Positions 38,931 to 51,104 of a stretch of DNA of 64,000 bases are shown piece by piece. Each line of letters begins with the position of its first letter. Position 1 is the stretch's first letter. Both the position numbers and the translations under genes were made by a program. The notes below the pieces were generated by a model. The model did not search any database and was not told the DNA's origin. It saw nothing but the letters and a program-made list of their open reading frames with translations. This DNA is from Octopus sinensis (taxonomy: Eukaryota): the NCBI RefSeq assembly GCF_006345805.1, contig NC_043003.1, positions 10,230,001 through 10,294,000 of the forward strand, given 5' to 3'.

Positions 38931-39556
38931 GTCTTTTTAGGACTTCAGACTTCTCCAATAGATTAGTACTTATTATATTAAAATATTTTATATACTCACA
39001 GACCTATCTGTATGGTTACGAAGCTTGGGCAAGTGCCCGTTAATATTGCTCCGGATCGATTAATGCCTTATAAGTGAATATGACACGGGAACTGAGAAAC
39101 CCGTTGTAAATATATGCGTGTGTGTATGTGTGTGTTGTGTGTGTTTGTGTGTGTATATGTGTATATGTGTTTGTATTTACCTGCCCTCCTTCACCACCGT
39201 TTGATTTGCATACTTCCCCATTAGCTAGCGCCTCGGCAAGAGGATATGTACCAGATTTATAATTTAAAAACAAGTTCCGAAAATCAATTTCTTTTCGATT
39301 AAACCCTTCGAGGCAGTGCTCCAGAATGGCCGTGGTCCAGTGACTGAAACAAGTAGACCATAAAAGAAATACTCCGTATTTAAAAATAGAAAGACCAGCA
39401 CACCCATATTGTACCATCGACCCGAAATATTGAATTACATCGTCCATTGATCGGTAATATTTGCAGCGAGGCGTACACGTGTGACTCATATTAGCAACAA
39501 GAGACGAATACAGTTCTATATTTAAGAGATGAGGAATTATGTACATTATTTACATA

Positions 39557-39623
39557 TGGCGTAGTGGTTAAGAGCGCAGGCTACTAACCCCAAGATTCCG
39601 AGTTCGATTCCAAGCAGTGACCT
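39557..39623 (+). promoter_or_regulatory. tRNA-derived head with Pol III A and B boxes (part of a hammerhead-bearing repeat)
   Basis: A box TGGCGTAGTGG, B box GAGTTCGATTCC; no proper acceptor stem. Confidence 0.7.
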
Positions 39624-39706
39624 GGATAATAATAATAATAATAATAATAACAACAACAACATCGAAAAATATCTTAGTAATGAGAGTCCAGGTTCGAAAT
39701 TTCCTC

Positions 39707-39752
39707 AATACCTGATGAAGGCTGGAGGGTATATCAGTCGAAACGTTGTGTT
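39707..39752 (+). ncRNA. Minimal (probably dimer-dependent) hammerhead ribozyme
   Basis: AAUAC-CUGAUGA-A-GGCUG(GAGGGUAUAU)CAGUC-GAA-AC/GU-U-GUGUU: 5-bp stem I and a loopless palindromic ACGU stem III. Confidence 0.6.
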
Positions 39753-40347
39753 AACAACAAACAAGATGAGGACAAATATCTGTCAAATGTAAATAATGTA
39801 AAGAAGAGACAAATACTATAGGAAAGTGAATTGAGTGAATGGATTCATCAATCACAGCAACTACCACAATGTCTATAAGTCTGTAACTTTATGTCAAATT
39901 GAACTTCACTCTTGGGGTTTCAGTGTGAATGTAGGAGTGGATTTGGGATGGATTTTGGGTGTTTATTCCAGAGATTTTCTGTATAGAATACAGTAGCGCT
40001 CAAAATATTGTTCAGACTTAGACCCTGGTGCCATTACAAGGAATCAGTTCTGCAAGGTAAAGAATGGCTACAAGAGGGATCAAGTGGAACAAATAAAAAT
40101 ATACTAACTATAACAGCCTGTATACATGCAAAACGAGAGAAAGCTTAGAGTCTAGACGTTCAGACGATTAATATTTTAGGCATTTATATTTATAGATCCA
40201 ACTTCCACAAAGTAGAAATGACAGGGAATTTTAAAGGAGAGAAGGTAAGGTGTTATAAGTTCAACAGCTGTTTCCGGGGATTCGGAGATCCATCACAATG
40301 TTGGTAGATGTAGTCCATCACAATAAGCAAGTCTATATGTATGTATG

Positions 40348-40420
<73 letters not shown>

Positions 40421-40421
<1 letters not shown>

Positions 40422-40918
40422 TAAATAAATGGTACAACGAGGCACCGATTTTTACTGGAAAATAGCAATCGTAATAAATACGACGCTATTGTATAGCTTC
40501 ACTGCGTATATACTAGCAAAGATGCGTGTGTGCAACAAACATGAAAAAAATTTGTCTTACCTCTAGGAAGAACATCTGATAAATGGAAAACCTAGAATCG
40601 GATAATGCAGTACCGGTTTCTAACTCTTCAAATACGTTTGACAACGTAGATTTGATTTGTCTTTATCAGCTGCATTTACCGAGACAAAATTTCAAATGTT
40701 GCCACATCAATGCCAGTACACTCACTTGAACGCCTGGTCGTTAACTGAACGAGAACAGTGAAGAAGTTTTCAATGAAAATAGTAATGCAATACGAAAGTA
40801 TTGGTTTCCATTAAAGGGTAAAATTATATATATAAATGTAAATAAATGGTACAACGAGGCACCGATATTTACTGGAAAATAGCAATCGTAATAAATACGT
40901 CGCTATTGTATAGCTTCA
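40421..40918 (+). repeat. 81-bp direct repeat pair (40421-40501, 40838-40918)
   Basis: Two mismatches; each copy follows a TA-rich tract. Confidence 0.9.
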
Positions 40919-41059
40919 GAGTGGGATTGAACCCAGAACCATGTGGTCGGTAGCCATGCTTCTTTATATAAAGGCATTACACAGAGGGAGAAGCTTGCGG
41001 GCTGGACAAAGACATTAATGAGTTGAGTGGTGAAAAGGATGGTATTAATGGGAGAAGAC

Positions 41060-42895
41060 AAAAGACCCCCGCCGATCTTTCCTTCTCTAAAACATTGTTC
41101 TTTGTTTTGTTTTTTTTTTGTTTTTTTGAAAAATAAAAAAAACACTAATGAGGTAATGAACCTCTTACAGAAACATTAGATTTCATAATTATAACAAAAA
41201 ACATTAAATTGAGGCGCTAAGCTTCTTATAAATCATCCCCGATGAAATCACTTGCTGCCTGCAGACAATCCCGCAGCAGCAAGTCAGGGACTCAGAAGAG
41301 ATAATTGTACTCTTCCTTAGAAAAGGAATCGGTTATCTTATAAAATTGACTTTCTTCCATGACCTCTGCAGCCACCTGCGGAGGCCAGTATGGACTATCC
41401 ATGCAGGTAGGGACCACCAGTTCCCGACCTTCAAAACTATCCACAAAGTTCTCTACATGGTGATAGAAGACCACATATTCTTCATTATTTTCACTGGAAG
41501 GGGCCACAGCCTCCTCCGACGGTGGCACAATCCCCACCAACGAAGTTTCGGGACATATCGGCAGAGCATTGCAAACCTCCGGCACCGTCCCATTCTTTTC
41601 TTCTTTTTTATCTTTGGCACGGGAAAGGTTGTCTCCTTCGCCTCAACCGGAGGAACATCGCCTCCTGCTGCAACTTCCGGATCCTTCGGTGAGCAGTCAT
41701 TGTTGTTCCTCTTCTTCCTTTTTCTCCCCTTTTTCCGGAGGAGATCTCTCCCTCCTCACCTACCTCATTCCCTCCTTCCAGAGAAGGAGAGGAGGCTCTT
41801 CTACAACCAACTGCTCCAAAACCCTACTCTGTTCTTGGGGACAGTTTTTCTTTATGTGGCCAGGCTCCAGGTACCAATGACACCGGGGGGGGGGGCGACC
41901 CTCAAGAATCACCGGGTACCTGCACCCGGCCATTTTCAAAAAGTCTGGAAAAACCAGATTGGCTGATCGGGTCCACAGGGTCAAAACAGCCCTTGACCCA
42001 ACCCAATCAGCCGCAGGAAAAATTTTCACATTAAGGGGCTTAGCTCCACTGCCGCCCAGATCATGACGAATAGTCTCCTCTATCCACTCGGGTTTTATCC
42101 CGGGTTGCAACTCGCAGACCCAAGCTCTTATCAACCTCTTCCCACAATACGTGGGAAGAAGCAAAATTTCTTTGCCCTCTAAGGGCTGGCTCGCAAATTT
42201 GCGAGCCTCTGCAGGGGTGTCAAATAGCAACCACACCGTTGCATATTTGACCACACTGGAAATGAATTTAATAGTTGGTAGATACTCTGCCAACTCCTTT
42301 TCTATCACAGTCCTTTTCAAATAGGGTGATGGTGTCAAGCTACTTGGAGTAAGTTCTCAACATCACCGTCCTCTCTTCAAGATCTTTCAACCACTGTTTG
42401 GGTGGTACAATTTTCCACTCCAAAACATTGTCTTTTTATTCATTTCATTGCCATGTTTTTTTTTCGTAATAAAAGTTTGAAAATAGTTCAAAATAAAACT
42501 CAAAAAAAGAAAACAGAAAAGAAAGAAATCCAAAGGAAGTCACAATAAAAAGGAAGGAAGAAAAAATGAAACAATTCACGAGAAAAGAAAGTCACAAAAA
42601 AGTTACAAGGAAAGAAAACAGTCAACAGAATAAAAACACAGCAAAAAAATTTTCCGGTGACTAGGTACTCCCGGCTAAGTTCGAACCCGGAATGCCACAA
42701 CTGGAACACAACTTTCGCAAAAATTGGTATACGAGTTGTTCAATCCTCGGAGGCGAGACACTCTCCCAAAACTGCAATTCTCACAATTATTTTAACAAAA
42801 AATCTATTCACTAAAACTGAACAAATTTTTAGGAGGCGCGATACGCCCCCAAACAAGACTCACACAATTACGTGAGAAAAACTATTCACTTCACG
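41060..42895 (-). mobile_element. gag/ORF1-like retroelement remnant (L1/Tx1-type ORF1) without adjacent RT
   Basis: ORF 41760-42338 contains EGRPPPRCHWYLEPGHIKKNC, a degenerate CX2CX4HX4C knuckle; there is a long 5' leader and an A-rich end. Confidence 0.65.
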
Positions 42896-43146
42896 TGAAC
42901 AGATTTTGCCCAACTGCAGGCAGGCCAGAGTTTAGAATCCAGTGAGGACTTCTTGCTTGTACAAAAATAATTACTACAAACAACAATCCCCCACTGGACC
43001 CAAAAGGCAAATGTCCTACCTCACAGTTGAGCTTCTTCTTTCATCAAATTTTCACCAGCGGTACACGGCGTCGCTACATCGTTCAGCGAACGCACAACTA
43101 AACTTCTTACCACACAGCGGCTCCTATATATACATACATATATACA

Positions 43147-43182
<36 letters not shown>

Positions 43183-43634
43183 TGTATGTATGTATGTATG
43201 TATGTATGTATGTTTGTTTGTTTGTATGTATGTATGTATGTATGTATGTATTTACATATATATGTAGGCGCCGGGACACAGAATTACTCAGGTTGGTGTC
43301 AAAGGACGTGGTAGGACTACTGGAATGAGGGACCCCTAGTCTTTGTGTTCCGTCTCAGAGAAGGCTAACTCGTATATAAAAGCTTTTACACAACTGAGTC
43401 AAATTTCTTGCACTGGTAGAAACGTCTGGCTAAGTGTGGTAACAATTGAGTCCACAAAGCTGGTGCTGAAACATATCCAGGCCCACTTTACAACCGACAC
43501 CGGCACCTGCATTCGCAGACAGAATGAACCAGTACCAGTCTTCATCTTACTCTCGATATATGTCCTTCAATGTCGACGCTTAAGGCTTTATCAGTTTCAA
43601 TCGTCACTTCCTTACGAGAAAGACATCTATCTTA

Positions 43635-43854
43635 TACAAGGAGTGCTGAAACGTTCCTGGCTTTAAGGATGTCGCGAAAGGCCTGATTGGGGGCCTAACT
43701 TTCCGAGTTCTTTTACCGAGCTTAAAAATACTGAAGGGCCGCTGCAATAAGAGGATGAATCTGTAAGGGAAGTACGTTGAATAAAATCAAAATAAACTGA
43801 TCCTTCTGTATATGCTTTTACCCAAGGCCAGGAGCAGTTCAGCGTCCCCTCGTA
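43635..43854. mobile_element. mariner-type MITE with imperfect TIRs of about 30 bp, TA-flanked; partial second copy at 43862-43968
   Basis: TACAAGGAGTGCTGAAACGTTCCTGGCTTT versus the reverse complement of the right end, TACGAGGGGACGCTGAACTGCTCCTGGCCTT. Confidence 0.7.
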
Positions 43855-44151
43855 TATGTATTCTTTTACAGGGCTTAGAAATACTGAATGATTGTTGGAT
43901 AAAATCAAAATAAACTGATCCTCCTGTATTTTCTTTTACTCAAAGCCAGAAGCTATTCAACACCCACCAAGTAACTTCCAATTTACGATTACCTAAAAAT
44001 CACCAACGTTTAACGCTTATTATACAAGAACCACTTATATTATTTTTTGCTGTATATGGTGCGGTTTCAACTCACATAGGCTGACATATTCAGGAGAGCA
44101 GAAAAAGGTTATAGTATCCATCCAACCGACTGCTATACCTTCAAAGAAAAA

Positions 44152-44384
44152 GGCGGCGAGCTGGCAGAAACGTTAGCAACGCCGGGCGAAATGCGTAGCC
44201 GTATTTCGTCTGCCGTTACGTTCTGAGTTCAAATTCAGCCGAAGTCGACTTTTCCTTTTATCCTTTCGGGGTCGATAAATTAAGTACCAGTTACGCACTG
44301 GAGTCGATGTAATCGATTTAATCCATTTGTCTGTCCTTGTTTGTCCTTCTCTGTGTTTAGCCCCTTGTGGGTAGTAAAGAAATA
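44152..44384 (+). mobile_element. Full-length SINE family A with 12-bp TSD
   Basis: TATACCTTCAAA at 44134-44145 and 44385-44396; B box GAGTTCAAATTC. Confidence 0.92.
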
Positions 44385-44664
44385 TATACCTTCAAAAAAA
44401 ACAAGATTGATGAATATATGAAAGAAAGAGAGAACGAACTCGCGAAAGAACGAAGGAGCGAACGAACGATTGAATGAATGAAACTAAAAGGAAACTAAAG
44501 CAGAAAGAAGTTTTAAATGGTAAGACAGTAAAAGTGTCAAAATGTCTGAAAAGGAATCAGCAGTCTTGAGGCTTCAAGTGAATATAATGGATAAAGATAT
44601 TTGCCGAAGGACACTTAACGATAGTGCAAACTGTACACAATTCAAATCAATCTGGGGACGCAAA

Positions 44665-45530
44665 AGTAGTAGTAGTAGTAGTAGTAGTGGTAGTGGCAGT
44701 AGTAATGGTGGTTGTGGTGGTGGTACTAGTAGTAGTGGTGGTGTTGATGGTGGTTGTGGTGGTAGTAGTAGTAGTAGTAGTGGTGGTGTTGGTGGTGGTG
44801 GTAGTGATAGTAGTAGTAGTAGTAGTGGTGGTGGTGGTTGTGGTTGCGGTGGTGCTTGTGTTGCTGTTGTTGGCGGTTGCGTTGTTGTAGGTGGTTGTGG
44901 TTATGGTGGTTATGGTGGTGGTGGTGGTGGTGGTAGTAGCAGCAACAGCAACAGCAGTGGTAATAATATTAGTAGTAGTAGTAGTAGCAGCGGCAGAAGC
45001 AGCAGTAGCAGCAGCAGTGGTAGTAGCCGTAGTAGTAGTAGTAGTAGTAACCGTGCTGGTGGCGATGGTGTTTGCGTTGCTGTTGTTGGCGGTTGCATTG
45101 TTGTAGGTAGTCGTGTGGTGGTTGTGGTGGTAGTTGCAGCAGCAACAGCAACAGCAGCAGCAGTAGTAATAGTATTAATAGTAGTAGTTGTAGCAACAGC
45201 AGCAGTAATAGTAGTAGTAGTAGTCATGGTGGTGATGTGGTTGTGTTGTTGATGGGGGTGGTTGTCTTGCAGCTGGTGATAGTTGTGGTGGTGGCAGTAG
45301 TACCACTGGCAGCAGGTGCAGCAACAGTAGCAGTAGTAGTAGTAGTAGTAGTAGTAATAGTAGTAGTAGTAGTAGTTGTTGTTATAGTAGTTGTAGTAGT
45401 AGTAATAGTTGTTATTGTAGTAGTAGAAGACGTGGTGACGGTGGTGGTGGTGATGGTAGTAGTAGTAGTAATAGTTGTTGCTGTAGTAGACGTGGTGATG
45501 GTGGTGGTAGTAGTAGTAGTAGTAGTAAAC
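44665..45530. repeat. (GTA)n/(GGT)n/(GCA)n trinucleotide low-complexity block
   Basis: Direct reading; one segment of about 50 bp is duplicated. Confidence 0.92.
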
Positions 45531-45934
45531 TAAATTCCATTCAACAAGAGTGCCACTCTCTGCTCTTTACAAAATTTTAATGCATTTTCCACACATGAAC
45601 AAACGAATAAAATTCCCGCCCAACAAACAAACAAACAAACAAACGAAATAACAAGATAACAAAATAATTAAGGTGTTATTCATGGATTATAAGCATAAAC
45701 ACATGCACGTAGGTGCAGCAGTTGTATTACCTGCATAGAAGCGATGAGAGCGACGTCATGAAATAGAAAGTTAACTATCGACAATAATGTGAATTCTACA
45801 CTTGATTTCAAAAACCGTCGATATTCAGATTTCTTGGAATTCCATTGCTGATATCCTTGGGAAGCGAACAACTGTAATCTTACTATTCAACCTGAGCTTC
45901 TGACCTGTATTTTGTGAAATTAAAATATTATGTA

Positions 45935-45976
<42 letters not shown>

Positions 45977-45986
45977 TTTATTTAAA

Positions 45987-46097
45987 GCAGCAGAAAATTC
46001 AACAAAACCTGTTACTCTGAGTTTCATCTAGCAAAAACTATCCGATGAACGGCAACGGGAAACTCAGAGTAACAGGTTTTGTTGAATTTTCTGCTGC
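45987..46097. repeat. Perfect 39-bp inverted repeat with a hammerhead-like core in the loop and right arm
   Basis: GCAGCAGAAAATTCAACAAAACCTGTTACTCTGAGTTTC and its reverse complement. Confidence 0.9.
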
Positions 46098-46393
46098 ATA
46101 TTACTCTAAAACTGGTATTTGAGTACTCTTTTTTCACCTTGTTTCACATTTATGTGTTTACTCTGGAATATATATATATATATATTGTTTTGGGATTTGG
46201 TTTGCAAGATTCTTTATATGAGTTCGTGTGTTGAAGCATATTCTGTTGTGTCTGGGGAGAGTCATTTTCTTTTTGTGCCTTATTATGTAACACACTCACA
46301 GGTAAAATTTCCACTTTTTTCATATTTTTCTTGCCTATAAAATTTTCTTTGCGTCTTAAAATCTTTTCAATAGATAGATAGAAAGATGGATAA

Positions 46394-46453
<60 letters not shown>

Positions 46454-46486
46454 ATAGATATAATACCCATATACACATACACACAT

Positions 46487-46616
<130 letters not shown>

Positions 46617-46775
46617 TACATATACGTGTGTGTGTGTAAAATATTTCCGTTTTATCTCTTTAGCCGCCTCAAATTCGAAAAATTCACTTGTATGCCATGT
46701 TTAGTTAGCGATATTTAGTTGATTGCTATATAAGAAATATATATATTTTTAAGTATAAGTAGCATAAACACACAA

Positions 46776-46806
<31 letters not shown>

Positions 46807-46906
46807 AGTGAGAATATGTGTGCGTATGTGTGCGTATTGATAGATATAGACATGTATACATATATATTTACCTAATATTATATATATATATATATATATA
46901 CATACA

Positions 46907-47014
<108 letters not shown>

Positions 47015-47138
47015 CTTGTGTGTCTAATGCATACACATCCTCACGCGTAGAAAGGCGGACAAAGACAGAGATGGACAGAAACTGAAAGTGAGATAGATAT
47101 AGAAATATCTATATATGTATATATGCATGCATATACAC

Positions 47139-47279
<141 letters not shown>

Positions 47280-47451
47280 GTGGCGATTGTATATTTGAAT
47301 ATAAGAGAAAATGGAGTACTATGTACCAACTCATCTGACGTCTAAGAGACTTGTCAGTTCGATGCAATCGCTTGTTAGTAAAGTTTATTGATTCTGTCTT
47401 TAACTATTATATCCGCTCAGTTAAATTCCATACTCTGCAAGACTATATACG

Positions 47452-47487
<36 letters not shown>

Positions 47488-47675
47488 TGTATGTATGTAT
47501 GTATATGAACAAAAGTACATGTATGTATTCGTTTATACTCAAGCACACACTTTTCAGGCATGCGTACATACATACTTATGCATATATATATATATACATA
47601 CATACATAAGTGTGTGTCTGTATGAATATTTGTGTATGTATGCATATATATGTGTTCATATGTCTGTGTATTGAC

Positions 47676-47723
<48 letters not shown>

Positions 47724-47833
47724 ATATATATATACATACGCACATAAATATATATATATATACATATATATAATATATATATATATATACTTTAATACTT
47801 TGATACTTTGTATCAAAGTATCAAAGTATTAAA

Positions 47834-47885
<52 letters not shown>

Positions 47886-47887
<2 letters not shown>

Positions 47888-48576
47888 TTTAATACTTGAT
47901 ACTTTGATAGGTTTCGGCCATTATTGGCCCAGGCCATGTCTAACTTAATAGCACCACCTGGTGAAGTCTTTCAAGTCAGAATTTGGGCACTATGGCCCAC
48001 TCAAGTAGAGAGTTATTGTTTACAAAGACATATCCGGGTGTAGGGGGTTTATCCGGAATTTCTTGAAGGAATCTGTCCAAAGACTTCTTGAACCCTATAG
48101 GGTCTGTTTCTGTTTTAATGTGTTTTGCTGTAATGTTAAAGAGAGCGGAGCCAATTGAGGTGAAATAATTGTGCCGTATTGTTGTTATGAGATGAGAGTG
48201 CGATTTTTGTTGTGGGCGGACGGCACAGGGCCCAAGCCTTGGATGTACCTTAAAGGTGATGCCAACATCATTTGGGCAATGCTGATGGAATATTTTCCAC
48301 ATCATGCAGATGATGTAACGCTCACGGTGACGTTGGAGAGAATAAAGTTTTAGCTTTTCTAGTCGACCCCAATAGTCGAGACCTGTCATGCCATCTATCC
48401 TTTTTGTGATTGCCCTTTGAGGTGCTTCAACTCTTATGATACTTTTTTTTGTGTGGGGAGACCACAGTGGACAACAGTATTCAAGGTGGGGTCGGGCAAA
48501 AGTGGAGAAGAGAAGGATAATGGTGTGGATATCTCTCGACTGGAAAGTTCTGAGAATCCAGGAACACATTCTGCAG

Positions 48577-48580
<4 letters not shown>
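47886..48580 (-). mobile_element. CR1-like LINE 3' fragment with octamer (ATCAAAGT)n tail
   Basis: RPHLEYCCPLWSPH..VEAPQRAITKRI.GM..LDYWGRLEKLKLYSLQR.RER, then a short 3' UTR and ATCAAAGT repeats. Confidence 0.88.
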
Positions 48581-48629
<49 letters not shown>

Positions 48630-48777
48630 ATATATATATATAAATAATTTACGATATAAGGGCAAAAGAAAAATTCTAATGCCAAATATGCCGAAAAAAA
48701 GACAAAAATTGTCAATTAACCATTATAATTTATGCGTCTCGAAACAAACCGATAGAAATTTCTAACAAATTCGTTAT

Positions 48778-48826
48778 TACCGTATTGGACCAATTTCGGA
48801 ATTAATTCATCTCCTCTTCAGCGGCA
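48778..48826 (-). ncRNA. Type I hammerhead ribozyme (tandem copy 1)
   Basis: UGCCG-CUGAAGA-GGAG..UUCC-GAA-AUUGG(U)CCAAU-A-CGGUA: canonical core, AUA triplet. Confidence 0.82.
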
Positions 48827-49013
48827 AATACGCGAGATATAAGTGAAATACTTACTCATACCCATGGAAAAAGCAAACACCAAGTCCTGAGCAGACCTAA
48901 GTACCCCAAATATATCCAAAATAGAAAATCTTCGACATTGTCAATAACCAATTCATCACTATAAGCACGCTTCTCGAAGAAAGCCGACAGAAATTACTAA
49001 ACAATTCCGTTAT

Positions 49014-49072
49014 TATCGTATCGGAACCGATTTCAGAGATAATTCATAAGAACCTTTTCTTCGTCAGCGATA
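49014..49072 (-). ncRNA. Type I hammerhead ribozyme (tandem copy 2)
   Basis: UAUCG-CUGACGA-AGA..UCU-GAA-AUCGG(UU)CCGAU-A-CGAUA: canonical core, AUA triplet. Confidence 0.8.
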
Positions 49073-49484
49073 AGTGCGGTATAAGTAAGTATTTCATTTA
49101 TTTCTTTGCCGCAATTATTTTTGTTTCAGCACACGATCTCAGATCAGGTCACTTGCTATGAAAGTACATCGCCGTAATACATATATAAACGTTTATACAT
49201 ACCATACGAACATTGCGTATCCACAGAGCGTATACAAATGTTCACACTCATAAATCCATGAAAGGGTTTCTATCTCGTTCATCTCAGCCACGTGTGTATA
49301 ACCAAACTAATTCAGTTTTGAATATATTCCGGTTAAATAGTCATCAATTAAATATAAAGATAAAATCTATATAACATTTTATCAATTAGCTAGCGTGTAA
49401 AAACTTACATGGATGTATGAGTGTGAACATCTGCATATGGTCTGTGGATACGTTGTGTTCGTATGGTATGTAGAAGTGTTTATA

Positions 49485-49878
49485 TCTTTATATATAAAAG
49501 TCAAGTTGTGTGTTTGTCTCCTACGATTTAGATTCCTAACTACTCCCACATTTTGCGGTGCAGTGTAACCAAAACCGGGTATCATATAGTCGTGATTCAT
49601 ATGGAGCCCTTCTGGGTATTAGCGCGCGTCTACGATGAGTCTACGATTCAAAAAAAAATTTACCATCATTTTTTCCCATTTTTAATGCATTTTTTGCTAT
49701 TATATAAGGGAAGTAACTCTCTAAAAATGTATTATTAAATCTCAGAACGTAAAAAGCTACAGTAACACCCCCCTTTGTGGTTAGCCATATTGAGATGGCT
49801 ATTATACTTTACATCTCTAAAAATGCTTATGTAGTTATTTCCCTTACAAATCCGAGCAACGCCGGGCGATACTGCTAG
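49485..49878 (+). mobile_element. Non-autonomous Helitron
   Basis: A|TC..TATATATAAAA 5' end; subterminal hairpin CCGAGCAACGCCGGG then CTAG|T; second copy at 63356-63872. Confidence 0.82.
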
Positions 49879-50155
49879 TTTTATATATTTCTGTTTACCT
49901 TTGACGAGTGTAGGGCGTGTTATAGCGCTGACCATGAACTCGTTTTGAAATGCAGCTGAAACTTTGCAGCGCCCCACCGTTAACCAGCTGGCGGAAGATC
50001 TGCCTAGGGTTAAACTAGTAGTAACACGGAACAGCCACTTTGATGTGGCGATTAACTTTACCTGTTAGTATAGTCACAACTCTGACCTCTTTTTGAGATT
50101 GTACAACCAACTATTTTCCTTGTACATATATATATGTGTGTGTGGTGTATGGGTG

Positions 50156-50198
<43 letters not shown>

Positions 50199-50501
50199 TG
50201 TGTGTGTGTGTAACGTAGAGTATTAAAACTGAATTATTTCATTAACTTCCCGTCTTTTAACTTTTCCTCTGACGAAGGAACGTGGCCGAAACGTGGGGAT
50301 TTTTTCACCTCTCACTGCAATTTCAGGGCACCCTTTTGATCTATTTTACTGCATTATATAAGCCTTGTTGACACAGAATAACACAAGACTCATGGGGGAC
50401 TTCTTGATTACACACAAACACACACACACACACACTCATCTATAGCTATATATCTATATAAAGGGAGAGAGAGAGAGAGAGAGAGACAGAGACAGACAGA
50501 C

Positions 50502-50586
<85 letters not shown>

Positions 50587-50683
50587 CAGGCAGACAGACA
50601 GATAGAGAGACAGGCAGACAGACAGATAGAGAGACAGACAGACAGATAGACAGAGAGAGAGACGGATAGACAGACAGACAGAC

Positions 50684-50730
<47 letters not shown>

Positions 50731-51104
50731 CAGATAGATGATTTATAGAGGTTGGTATTTTTATGGTCGTAAGTCTGTCAGCGTCCGCGCATTTAGCATC
50801 TAGGTTTCCCACAATGCAACTTGTCTACGTCGTCTTCATCATCGTCGTCTTCGACGTGATTGGCGACGACGTCGATGTTGGTCTCATCGTCGTTGTCGTC
50901 GTGTCATTACAGTTTTATCATGTCAAATGTACCCATTACCAAATAAAGAAATTTCAAGTCGTTTATGATGATGATGACGACGACGATGAATATGGTAACG
51001 ATGAGGAGGAAGAGAAGGTGGAGAAGAAACGGAGGATTGGAATGAAGGGTTGGGCGAGAAGAGAAGAACTTGTCAAGCCAATACCGTTTAATTCTGGTTT
51101 ACTT

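Noticed and set aside
43270-43620. Possible LINE 5'/endonuclease remnant
   Set aside because: Translation gave no motif I could identify with confidence.
44542-45533. Gly/Ser-rich and poly-Val ORFs
   Set aside because: Trinucleotide low-complexity sequence is open in several frames, which is the artefact expected from such repeats.
47905-47935. GGCC-loop-GGCC-GAAAC as a half hammerhead
   Set aside because: It lacks the CUGANGA core and is better explained as the CR1-like LINE's 3' UTR hairpin before its octamer tail.
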